Shown here one piece after another: positions 23,405 to 35,800 of a stretch of DNA of 64,000 bases (position 1 is its first letter; the number at the start of each line of letters is the position of its first letter). A program made the position numbers and the translations under genes. A model generated the notes under the pieces. It was not told where the DNA came from. It was given only the letters and a program-made list of their open reading frames with translations, and did not search any database. Source of the DNA: Macrostomum lignano (Eukaryota); NCBI GenBank assembly GCA_002269645.1, contig NIVC01000436.1, positions 62,001 through 126,000 of the forward strand, given 5' to 3'.

Positions 23405-26400
23405 CTACACTTTGGAAGCCACCAGTTCGTCCAGATCCATCGTTAGACAGTGGACAAATTCTGCATTGACAATGGGAATCAAACAATTGTTATTTAACTC
23501 ATTCTCAATTTCATTCGCATTAACAATAGAACTATTGCTCGTACCAAGAGGGGGGGCGTGAATTCTCCCCCGGCCCCAATTAACCCTGACAATTTTTTGC
23601 TGCGCCGGAACGGAGCAACGCAGGCACACGAACTTCAAGAACACGGGCCAACTTTTTGTTGCGCACATTCTTAAGCAAGAGTCAAGTCGCCAGCTCTCCG
23701 GACCGTCGAGATATTTGACGATTCTGCTAGAAGTTCGGGTTTTTCCCATAAGCGCTAGTGTATTTAGTACATGTACACCCCTGTGCGCCAATCCGCCCTG
23801 CGCCTAGTGCAGCCTTGCCAAGTCTCCAAATTTCATCAGCACATCGACCACATGTGTCTGCACCAGCTCTGGCTTCGTTGGTCACTAGCCTTCACCCAGG
23901 CGGAGCTTCTGGACCTTCAGCAGGTGGCACCAGGAGACCATGAACACCCTGATGCGAATTTATCTAGTTTCGCTGATCAAGCCTCGACAGCCGGCAAACC
24001 GTGCTGGACATCCTCAGGTAGTCTCTTCAAGCATTCAGTCATCACCCCGACGCCGTCGGCACCTACTGTTGATTAGAGCTGACAACACAATTTCCCCTAA
24101 TTACCATCGATACTGAGGTCACCGCTGCCATCGCGATCGCCCATCTGGAAGATGGTCTCCAGTTCGGCTTCGCTGAGCGGCTCCGCGCCAAACGAAGTCA
24201 GCGCCAGGGCCAGCTGTTCACGACTCAGTCGGCCGCTGCCGTCCTCGTTGAAGTGCTGGAGGGTTTGGCATTAAAATTTGTTACATATTGTGTGATGCTG
24301 TAGAAAAATTATTTGGCTTCTTCTTTCAAGAGCGTATTCAGAATTTTTCATTGAGAGGTACATGCGAATGCCACGCCTTGCGCTAGCACCAGGGGCGCCA
24401 GCACCAGGGGCGCCAGCACCAGGGGCGCCAGCACCAGGGGCGCCAGCACCAGGGGCGCCAGCACCAGGGGCGCCAGCACCAGGGGCGCCAGCACCAGGGG
24501 CGCCAGCACCAGGGGCGCCAGCACCAGGGGCGCCAGCACCAGGGGCGCCAGCACCAGGGGCGCCAGCACCAGGGGCGCCAGCACCAGGGGCGCCAGCACC
24601 AGGGGCGCCAGCACCAGGGGCGCCAGCACCAGGGGCGCCAGCACCAGGGGCGCCAGCAACAGGAGCTAGAAAACTATTACATGCATTTAACCAGCACCCC
24701 AGACCAGTAATTTAAATGCTAGCCAGCACCCAAACCAGCAAATGTACATGCCATGCAGCCAGCACCCCCAAACCAGCAAATGTACATGCCATGCAGCCAG
24801 CACCCCCAAACCAGCAAATGTACATGCCATGCAGCCAGCACCCCCAAACCAGCAAATGTACATGCCATGCAGCCAGCACCCCCAAACCAGCAAATGTACA
24901 TGCCAGCCAGCACCCGAAAACCAGCAAATGTACATGCCATGCAGCCAGCACCGCAAAACCAGAAAATGTACATGCCATGCAGCCAGCACCCCGAAACCAG
25001 CAAATGTACATGCCATGCAGCCAGCACCCCAAAACCAGAAAATGTACATGCCATGCAGCCAGCACCCCAAACCAGCAAATGTACATGCCATGCAGCCAGC
25101 ACCCCGAAACCAGCAAATGTACGAGCGTACATGCCATGCAGCCAGCACCCCAAAACCAGAAAATGTACATGCCATGCAGCCAGCACCCCGAAACCAGCAA
25201 ATGTACATGCCATGCAGCCAGCACCCCCAAAACCAGAAAATGTACATGCCATGCAGCCAGCACCCCAAACCAGCAAATGTACATGCCATGCAGCCAGGAC
25301 CCCAAACCAGCAAATGTACATGCCTCAAAAGCCGCTCGCAGCTCGGCCTGCCTCTCCGCCTTATCTTTATGATGCTTACGAGCGGCGATGCAAAACTCTT
25401 GAAAGCTGATTACGCCGTCTGAGCCTGCGGTGTCCGAAAAAACAGATACATGCAGAGCTAGTGAAGTTTATATACGCTAGTGGAGATCTAAATATACCCT
25501 CCGAGTTTAAAACTATAAATTTTACGACGTACTAATGTCGATCTCGGCCATGATGTCGCGCAGCTGGGCATCGGTGCAGTCAACTCCGAATAGTCTGAGC
25601 ACGTTGCCGAACTCGCCAGCCTCAATGGCGCCGCTGCTGTCTGAGTCGAAATAGTGAAAACTGCGCCACAGCTCTGCGGAGCAGATTGGTGCGGGATCGG
25701 GGAGGGATCAGGGAGGGATGGTAGGGATCCGGGAGGGATCGGGGAGGGATCAGGGAGGGATCCGGGAGGGATCAGGGAGGGATCAGGGAGGGATCAGGGA
25801 GGGATCCGGGAGGGATCAGGGAGGGATCAGGGAGGGATCCGGGAGGGATCGGGGAGGGATCCGGGAGGGATCAGGGAGGGATCAGGGAGGGATCAGGGAG
25901 GGATCCGGGAGGGATCAGGGAGGGATCAGGGAGGGATCAGGGAGGGATCGGGAAAGTTTCAGGGAGGGATCAGGGAAGGATTAGGGAGGGATCGCGGAGG
26001 TATCAGGGAAGGATTAGGGAGGGATCGGGGAGGGATCAGGGAAGGATTAGGGAGGGATCGGGGAGGGATCAGGGAAGGATCAGGGAAGGATCAGGGAGGG
26101 ATCAGGGAGGGATCAGGGAAGGATCAGGGAAGGATCAGGGAGGGATCGGGGAGGGATCAGGGAAGGATTAGGGAGGGATCGGGGAGGGATCAGGGAAGGA
26201 TCAGGGAAGGATTAGGGAGGGATCGGGGAGGGATCAGGGAAGGATTAGGGAGGGATCGGGGAGGGATCAGGGAAGGATCAGGGAAGGATCAGGGAGGGAT
26301 CAGGGAGGGATCAGGGAGGGATGGTAGGGATCAGGGAGGGATCGGGGAAGGATCAGGGAGGGATCAGGGAGGGATTAGGGATGATCGGGGAGGGATCGGG

Positions 26401-26851
26401 GACCATAGAGGGATCTGGAAGGGATGTCGAATGCCAAAAAAACTGTTAAACTCACGCTTAGCTTGTGTTTCATCGAATCCCAAACCCATTGCCATACGAA
26501 GATTCTCTTCTGAGATTGTCTGAAATGGATCAAGGGTGTTAAATGCTCTGAAAGATTTCTAAAACAAATATATAAGTAAATTTTCTCATGAGGGTTGCGG
26601 GCACCCTTCGGCGACATCGTCCTGACATCGGCCAATTCCATGCCCCATTCCGCTGACTCCTGAACACATACAAGCGCGGCAATACTGTACAGAGCGTGTA
26701 CAGCAGCATTCAGACTCTCAAATTGCCGAGCATGTACACAGCTATCTGTGCCTTGGGGGGTTGACCTACTATGAACTGCATGACAATTGATTTATCAATC
26801 AGCCAATAATTAATCGTGCGCATGCACACAAAAATAATATAAACTCACCAT
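23405..26851 (-). CDS. Calmodulin-like EF-hand protein (~184 aa), 6 exons, one GC-AG intron
   Basis: Exons 26851-26849 (ATG only), 26558-26456, 25673-25533, 25424-25324, 24255-24105, 23460-23405. EF loops FDSDSSGAIEAGE, IDISSDGVISFQE, FNEDGSGRLSREQ and GDRDGSGDLSIDE. Phases are consistent only with a GAG|GCATGT donor at 25324. The first two exons are less certain. Confidence 0.8.
24385..24662. repeat. Intronic minisatellite, perfect 15-bp unit
   Basis: GGGGCGCCAGCACCA, about 18 copies. Confidence 0.97.
24718..25322. repeat. Intronic minisatellite, ~38-bp unit
   Basis: AACCAGCAAATGTACATGCCATGCAGCCAGCACCCC(A), about 16 copies. Confidence 0.95.
25695..26405. repeat. Intronic purine-rich minisatellite, 11-12 bp unit
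   Basis: GGGA(G/A)GGATC(A/C/G) repeats. Confidence 0.93.
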
Positions 26852-27377
26852 TTTTGCCTTAATGTTCGATGCAATGCCTGCTATCGAATATTAGAATTTT
26901 CATGTATATGCAGCTGAGTCCAAAACAGATTAGTAGTGGCCTATGAAAAAAGTTCTCTTAAATACGTGCAGCCTGATGGTGCAAGTTGACCATTGAAAAG
27001 CTTTTCTATTATAATCTCTTTTACAATGAAGTAGGAAAAGCATCACAATGCATGGGCAAGATTTCTATAGGCCATTGTTGCCTTCTGTCTGGCTTTGTAT
27101 AGAATTTTCCTATAGAAAAGGAGTACTGATTCATTCTTTTTTAATTGTGAATTGTGACCGTGACAGCGATGAGAAATAGTCCTGTGTCTGGTGAATAGGA
27201 GTTTTAATTATGCTTTGCTTCATATCCTTAGGTCTGTCTCAACTGCCAGCTATTCATAAAATATACAGTAAGATATAGCCATGTTTACAGTGTATTCTGG
27301 CTACTTTAAGTAGCATTTTACGACTTATTAACAGATAAAAATGAAAATGAGCTGCCGAAGCCAAAACTCCATAGAAA

Positions 27378-28315
27378 GCCCGCGAAGGGAGAAGAGAGGG
27401 TGATGGAAACCCCACGAAGGGAGAAGAGAGGGTGATGGAAACCCCACGAAGGGAGAAGAGAGGGTGATGGAAAGCCCACGAAGGGAGAAGAGAGGGTGAT
27501 GGAAACCCCACGAAGGGAGAAGAGAGGGTGATGGAAACCCCACGAAGGGAGAAGAGAGGGTGATGGAAACCCCACGAAGGGAGAAGAGAGGGTGATGGAA
27601 ACCCCAATGGAGGGAGAAGAGAGGGTGATGGAAACCCCATGGAGGGAGAAGAGAGGGTGATGGAAACCCCCTGGAGGGAGAAGAGAGGGTGATGGAAACC
27701 CCCTGGAGGGAGAAGAGAGGGTGATGGAAACCCCAATGGAGGGAGAAGAGAGGGTGATGGAAACCCCAATGGAGGGAGAAGAGAGGGTGATGGAAACCCC
27801 AATGGAGGGAGAAGAGAGGGTGATGGAAACCCCAATGGAGGGAGAAGAGAGGGTGATGGAAACCCCCTGGAGGGAGAAGAGAGGGTGATGGAAACCCCCT
27901 GGAGGGAGAAGAGAGGGTGATGGAAACCCCAATGGAGGGAGAAGAGAGGGTGATGGAAACCCCAATGGAGGGAGAAGAGAGGGTGATGGAAACCCCAATG
28001 GAGGGAGAAGAGAGGGTGATGGAAACCCCATGGAGGGAGAAGAGAGGGTGATGGAAACCCCATGGAGGGAGAAGAGAGGGTGATGGAAACCCCAATGGAG
28101 GGAGAAGAGAGGGTGATGGAAACCCCAATGGAGGGAGAAGAGAGGGTGATGGAAACCCCAATGGAGGGAGAAGAGAGGGTGATGGAAACCCCAATGGAGG
28201 GAGAAGAGAGGGTGATGGAAACCCCAATGGAGGGAGAAGAGAGGGTGATGGAAACCCCATGGAGGGAGAAGAGAGGGTGATGGAAACCCCATGGAGGGTG
28301 AAGAGAGGGTGATGG
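27378..28315. repeat. Minisatellite, 32-33 bp unit
   Basis: GGAGGGAGAAGAGAGGGTGATGGAAACCCC(AAT/CT/AT/AC), about 28 copies, between TMEM218 and the EF-hand gene. Confidence 0.96.
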
Positions 28316-28828
28316 TTACAATGTCCCCAACAAAAAGGCTGCAAAAATAAAATATTCAAACAGCCATTGGCAATTTCAATCAGTAGTTAAAAGTATTTTG
28401 TAAGACATTGAATTAGCGGCATTAATATAAATATCAACTGACAAATAGTAAGTAAAATTTTTTATTTGATTGGATAATTTTTTATGTAGAATTCTTTGTG
28501 CGTCAATTAATGTAAATAAGTACGACGTAAAGTGATAAAATGGACGATGCACTGAAATTCAATACACTTGATCTACACAGCTGGTGCTAAATTATCAAAA
28601 GTACTTTATGTACTTGGAAGAATTTCTGAAAAAAACCCAGAAATATATCAGTAAAAAGTGAGCGAACAAGTCAATAAAATCCAAACAGAAGCTTTTCAGC
28701 GGATGTGGATCTTTCTAATTCCAGATTAGAAATGTTGTAGCGTCGATCACAAGAGTCAACTATTCGTTGTTCGTTATTCATTTGTTGTTATAATCCAGTA
28801 AACCTGACGGAGTTAATTTACGAACATT

Positions 28829-29164
28829 TTAGCGCACCAATTCCGGCTTGCATTCAACAACTTGAGATGCGAAGAACAAATGAAGGCCCATAATAATTGC
28901 TAAAAGGCCTAGCATACTCAGGAGGGCTGCACGACCAATCAGCATGGCGTCCATAATAGCGTAGGCCCTGGCATAGTCTGTAGCCACATCGGATTTCGGT
29001 ATAACAATCAACACTAATGATATTAGGAAGACTAATAGCAGTAGTATGATGCCGACATAGCGCATGCCAGACTTGGCCTTCGCCGTGGCCAATAGGACTA
29101 TTAAGGTGAACGACCATAGTACACCCAGTACTATGACGCCGACTCCAACGCCAAGGACAGTGGC
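28829..29164 (-). CDS. TMEM218: Transmembrane protein 218 (ciliary transition zone)
   Basis: ATVLGVGVGVIVLGVLW...IIPKSD...D.MLIGR..LL resembles recalled TMEM218 (MAGTVLGVGAGVFILALLW...PRA..VD.FFIGRYVLL). Three hydrophobic segments. Homology begins right after a TTTCAG acceptor; the start codon is uncertain. Confidence 0.8.
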   Translation of the reverse strand, partial: ATVLGVGVGVIVLGVLWSFTLIVLLATAKAKSGMRYVGIILLLLVFLISLVLIVIPKSDVATDYARAYAIMDAMLIGRAALLSMLGLLAIIMGLHLFFASQVVECKPELVR

Positions 29165-32100
29165 CTGAAAGGTGTTAGTTGCTTGTTGTTTATAAAAGTG
29201 TTCTACAGATGGCTCATTCCATATAAGATGGACATTTTTGGAAAATAGAAAAAAGTCAATATTTTTGCTTGCCATTGCCTTATCAGCCAATTTTTTTACC
29301 AAATGTTTTTTATGTGTAATATCTACAATCTAAGAATAAATGAATGATAAAATGTTAGATTAGTATGCTATCAAGTGGCAAAAAGTCATTTTTGTAAAAA
29401 TTTAGACATTTTTCTAAGCAAAAGACATCATTAAGTTTGTGTACCTTTTAAAAACAAATAGAAAGCTTTGGAAGGTTGAAACAAACTATAGATAAAAGTA
29501 TAGTACTTGCATTATCAGATAAAAGTATTGGTGACCAAATAATCTATTATATTTTTAATATATTGGTACCTCAAAGTTACTGAATTGACAGAAAAAAATA
29601 TGTTACGATCATAATGTTACGACCATAAGGCTGCCTTTTCTTTTGTATCTTTGTTGCCTTTTTGAGTTTATATATTCTACAAAAAGAGTATGATTTCTAA
29701 AGATGTTCTGAGTCAAATTTTAAAAAATGTATTGCAAAATATCAAAAATAAGAATGTTATAAGACTTTTACCTTTTAGTTTCTATATGTCAAAAATCCTG
29801 TTGTTACGACCATAAGTGCCATTCAAGGTTTAATAGTATCTATACTAATGATGATATCTACATGAAACTCTATAAAAATATTTTTGACAAAATTATCTTT
29901 CATTTAAAATATTGGTTTAGTATATTCTATTATTATATTTCATTTTATAAGTAAAAATAGCCTGTCATGTTACGACCATGCTTATATGGAATGAGCCAGA
30001 TGATTTTGTTATTTCTGCATATGCGAAACCAGAAAATCAAAGTGCTTAAATAAATATAATTAATGACAAACAAACTACACAATCAAGATGGTAATTATGA
30101 AACTAGCTGTGAAAATAATCTAAAAAATTAGATTCACACTGAGGAATCATCACACTAAATTCATTCTCAGGAGAGTATTTAATGGTATGGTAGGAAATTT
30201 TCTCATAATAAAGTCAGTCTAAGGGATTATTTAGTTGACATTCAGTTAGAGGAACCATAATTTTTACTATATTTAGTTTTTTTCTTTATTATCACAGACC
30301 TGTAGTTTCATAAACCCTGCTAAGTATTTAATTGGTAGACTGAACCACAGAGCTTTATTTTTGATGTAGGCAAATTTTCTAATTTATTGGTACAAAATTC
30401 TAAAATTAAAAAAATTGAATCCAAAAGTCCTGCATAAAAATTAACTACAATGGATTAACAGTAAAAAAATCTTATATGATTTTTTTAAGTCGAGACACAA
30501 TGTTATCTATCTATACTTTATCAGTGAAACAATGATTAAGTTAAGACAAAGTTACAAGTATACTGCAAATTATGCTTTAAGATAACATTAACTGTAAATG
30601 TGAAATTTTTTAAATGATAAATGAAATGACTATTTCATAACAGCTGCTAATGCTAAACTTGATATTTATAGACCAAAATGCACCCAAAAATTTAAACATT
30701 GCACAGTATTAAACTGTGAAATAGCACGCCATCAAGTTCTTATCAAACTTTTCAATTTTCAACAGCCAAATTGGACATGAATAGATACATTAGAATAAAA
30801 TAATGCACAATAATCATACACAATAATTCCACAAGTTTCATTATTTCGTGCTATAGCCTCTGCATTTCTGTTCGTATCATTTGCTATTTGCATTGTAATT
30901 TGTAGATAATTTTTAGATTACGTTTTCTTCAAACAAAAGTTCATTGTCATTGTCATTGGAAGTGCTAATTTACGATTAATACAGTTAAAATTCCAATTAT
31001 GTACGACTGTGCGATGGAATCTCGGCTCGAAGTTTCGAACAGCGGTCTCAGCCACCAAGCCTAAAGGTTTTCAAGTGTTGTAAAAATTATAGTTATTATA
31101 TGTACTTAAAAACAAAAAGCTACGCAAAAAATGTTAAAAGTAAATACTGCAAAAATAAAAAAAATATTAAAAACTTTAAAAACTAATTATATCTGGCTTA
31201 AATATTATCTAAAATATAACCAAGAATTATTGAGCAGTAAATATTGTTTTAGTCAGACATACTTTTCACGATGATTTAAAATGTCTAGTAAGTAGCGTGA
31301 TATCAGTTGCACGGTAAATCCAAGTTTCTTGGGTAAATCCATGACGTACACAGGAGTTTTTAAATATGGGAATAACTCCGGTTAAGAGCTAGGATTGTCA
31401 AAAATGCAATTTGCTTATTGGTGTTACTACATGGAAAGAGCTACACGTAGAACTTCGAATGCTCCTTACACGGAATTTGCTTTAACCAAACCCTTTTCAT
31501 GGGAGCAATGGAGACTAGTGTACGTAACAAACAAATAGACACTTCTATTTTAGATCTTACACGAATTTTGTATCTTTTGTATTTACATGTAAATATTCAG
31601 CTCTGCATGAGCTCTTTTTGTGTACGTATGAATATTGTTTCACCAGAACTTATCGTTGTATTAATTAGGACACTGCAAATATCTTAGAGCTTCCTAGACT
31701 CAAAGAAAAGCGCAGGTTTCTTTAAATCAGTCGAGTGAGGATGCTTTTTTAGAAGGCAAGCATCGCTAAATGCACGTAAACAAATTTTCGTCGTGTTTAA
31801 ATAATTTTGCAATATCTACGAGTGTTACGTTCTGATACAACGCGGTAACTACAGTACGCTCGTACTAGTGGTTTTTAATGGTAATTATATTAAAAGACAA
31901 ACACTAAACAAAAAGCACCATGGCTACTTAAATCATTTGTGATAGCCTATTTTTGAACAACATAAATCTCATACCCTAAAAACCTTAATATACGAGCTAA
32001 CTAAGTTTTTATTTTATTCTTATAAAATAATTACTTCTGAATGCTAGCGAGTGCAAGTAGGGAAGTACGAATTAAAAACACTATTTTATCAGTGGTAAGG

Positions 32101-32857
32101 AATAATAATAACTCGATCTTCTGAGAAGCTAAAAATTAGACGAGCGATAATAAGTTTGTTAGACAACACGACTGTACAGACTGCACTTAACAGCATATCT
32201 ATATTGCAATACATAAGCAGCCACAAATGGGATTAAACATGAAACACATTAATCTTGAATCGAATCTAATAATCACAGTAAATTTTGGTGTCCTGAATTT
32301 AATACACACATAATGAGCGCATTATGCTACTAAGAGTAACTGCATAAGTAAAGCTAATAAATAATATTATGCTTTATTTTAAGAAATTTCGGAAAATGAA
32401 TGATCTAATTAATAGTAAAGAAAGCAATAGAAAATTTAACTGATGACGTAATCCTTCTGTGTACAATCCTTAGACACCTAGACACCTCTGTGACTGGAAT
32501 GGGATTGTGGGCAATAATTGCTAAGCACATAAAAATGTCTACGAATCAATGCTTAGGTGAAAAAACGAAACAATCAACTTATCAATAGGTTAAAAAATAC
32601 GCTATATAGGTTCTCACTCTAAAATAAATAATCATATTTCTTCGGGCAAAAAACTATAATTTAACAATAAAACGCTTAACATACGCTAGCATAAGTAGTT
32701 TAAAAACTTCACTATAGTTGTAATGCTACCAAATTGATCCAAACAGAGAAATGAGATTGCAAAAAATTTGATTAATTAATTAATTAATTAAAAAAGATAA
32801 CCATATAAACATTGTCAGTAGTATATACGAGCTATATAAAATAGTTTTAAAAACAGG

Positions 32858-35800
32858 TCACGGCTGAAACGTGGCATGAATGCCGCTAGGCGTCAGGACG
32901 GCTACAGTTTTCGGATCGATCCAATTCAGCCGGCAGCTGCGACCCTGCAGAGACGGACTGACATTGAACTGTTTGCCAGTTTTGATGTGACTGCTGCCCA
33001 TGTTGAAGAGGGTTGGCGCGCTTAATTGAAAAAATCTGACGTTGTTATCCGTTGCGCTTAGCGAGGCCACATGACGACCGTCCGGGGAGAAGGCGCACGC
33101 GCTGCAGCCGGCTCCGTGCCGGTGGGCCTGGCCAAATAGGCGCGTACAATAATATTTACTTGACATTGTGCTACTTTAAGTAGGCGGATTTTAAAAGCGA
33201 TTCTCTAAATCAAAAGAGCTATTCTAAGAAAATTTTTAAAAAGGTGATTCTAAGAAATATTTGTAGTTGAAAGCGCTTTTCTAGGGAATGTTGCAAAAAG
33301 GTGATTCTAGGAAATGCTGCAAAAAAAAGTGATTTTAGGAAATGTTGCAAGGGAGCGATTCTAAATAATATTAATAATTGATTACACCTGCCCCAACTGG
33401 GCCAGATGTGCAACCAACAGCTCAGCCGCAGCTATTGCGCGGCGCATTTGAAGGCTGCGTACGGCTGTTCAGTCCAAGGACTGGGGAGGTGGTCGCCACA
33501 CACAGCCTCAATTACCCCAGCTAATGCTGGCACCCATTTTACAGCTGGGTGAGCTGAAGCAAAGCAGAGTTAAGTGTCTTGCTCAAGGACACAAATTATT
33601 CCGAGAGGGTCGGGAATCGAACCCCCGACCTTCAAGTCGTGAGTCAGACGCTCTTACCCTTAGGCTACAACCTCTACTAGAAAAAGCGACTAAGATGGCG
33701 ATTTTTGGAAAAGCTACAAAAAAGGGGTTTCTACGAAATTTTGCAAAGGGACGATTCTAGGAAAAGCTACAAGGGAAGCCGATTCTAGTAAAAAAATAAT
33801 TTAATACAACAATGAAGCATAGAAAAAGTAAAACAATACGAGTTGGCGCACCTGTGTAGTATGCAGTTTGCCCGCCCGAATATCAAAGAACGCCAATTGG
33901 CCAATTTTATTGCCGGCCACAATTTTGCCAGACTTCAAATGACAGGACACGGTGCAGAACCGGCTGATAGGCGGGAACAGCTCGGCCAGGCCGCGGTCTC
34001 TGGTCAGCTGACCTTCCAAGCAGAACAGCAGCAGTTCGATGGTGTCAAACATCAGATCGTGCACGTCAGCTGCTGCACGTTCGCACACTGGGGTTATAAA
34101 TAATAATTGTTTTTGTTACAGATGCTTGAGGAGTAAGTAAACTAAATTTAGGATACTTTTTTAGTTGTCTAAATTTAGGACATTTCAGGTATCTAAATTT
34201 GGAACAATTTAGGTGTCTAAATTGAGGACAATTTAGGTGTCTAAATTTAGGATAATTCAGGTATCTAAATTTAGGACATTTCAGGTATCTAAATTTGGAA
34301 CAATTTAGGTGTCTAAATTGAGGACAATTTAGGTGTCTAAATTTAGGATAATTCAGGTATCTAAATTTAGGACATTTCAGGTATCTAAATTTAGGACAAT
34401 TTAGGCATCTAAATTTAGGACAATTTAGGTGCCTAAATTTAGGTGATTCAGGTGTCTAAATGTAGGACAATTTAGGTGTCTAATTTTAGGATAATTCAGG
34501 TGTCTAAATTTAGGACAATTTAGGTGTCTAATTTTAGGATAATTCAGGTGTCTAAATTTAGGACAATTTAGGTGTCTAATTTTAGGATAATTCAGGTGTC
34601 TAAATTCAAAACAGAAGTGCAACTTACCCAATTCCAAAAGCTTCAGTATAGTACTCCGACCTTTGTACACAGGTGCCTGTTCGGGTGCCTTCGCCCCAGC
34701 CAAGTGGGCATTAGTTGCCAGGGTATTGTAGCGGAGCAGCTCCCGTCTCATTGTAATGAGAAACAGCTGAGGCCGGGACGTGGAAATCTGGGTCAGAGCC
34801 AGACGGGCCTGCAGGGCCAGGTCAGTCTCCGAGCTCAGCACACGCCAGCTCAGAGCCACAGTGGCCGAGGCGGCGCTGTCCGTGCTGGCTGTGAGACTGT
34901 CCGAGCTGTTCGGCATCAGGCGGTCCAGCTCGGCCGCCATGTCCAGCAGGAAGCGGAGCACCTTTTAGTGGGGTTTATTAGGGTTGATTGAGGTTGATTG
35001 GGTTTCATTAGGCTTTTTACGGTTTCATTGGGGTTTTATTAGGGTTCACTGGATTCAAAAGGTTCACTGGGTTCAATAGGGTTAATTGGGGTTCAATAGG
35101 GTTAATTGGGGTTCAATAGGGTTAATTGGGGTTCAATAGGGTTAATTGGGGTTCAATAGGGTTAATTGGGGTTCAATAGGGTTAATTGGGGTTCAATAGG
35201 GTTAATTGGGGTTCAATAGGGTTAATTGGGGTTCAATAGGGTTAATTGGGGTTCAATAGGGTTAATTGGGGTTCAATAGGGTTAATTGGGGTTCAATAGG
35301 GTTAATTGGGGTTCAATAGGGTTAATTGGGGTTCAATAGGGTTAATTGGGGTTCAATAGGGTTAATTGGGGTTCAATAGGGTTCATTGAGGGGGGTCAAT
35401 AGGGTTCATTGGGGGGTCAATAGGGTTCATTGGGGGGTCAATACGGTTCATTGGGGGTCAATAGGGTTCACTGGGTTCAATAGGGTTAATTGGGGGTCAA
35501 TAGGGTTCATTGGGGGGTCAATAGGGTTCACTGGGGTTCAATAGGGTTCATTGGGGGGTCAATAGGGTTTATTGGGGTCACTAGGGTTCTTGGATGTTCA
35601 ATAGGGTTCATTGGGGTTCAATAGGGTTCATTAGGGCTCAATAGCAAACGCGTCTCACCTGAGTGACATCAACATGCGCCTCCCAGGTGCGAAAGCCCCT
35701 GCCAAGCAGGTCAACAGCAGTCCTAGATTCGGGCGCCAGCAGCCGTTTCGAACCGCAAGGCGCCATCTCGCCGCCAGCCTGCCCCGGCTCCTGCAGCAGT

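Noticed and set aside
23560-24076. GC-rich stretch with ~100-aa ORFs inside the last EF-hand intron
   Set aside because: No recognisable domain or consistent splice structure; possibly a decayed TE fragment.
31404-31680. Short plus-strand frames with KPFSWEQW and SYTNFVSF, reminiscent of ionotropic-receptor motifs
   Set aside because: The frames are short and closed by stops, and the motif spacing is far too small for M1-M3.
35075-35640. Telomere-like TAGGGTT and GGGGTT content (also TTTTGGGG at 42780-42960)
   Set aside because: Embedded in 20-33 bp minisatellite units, not tandem TTAGGG.
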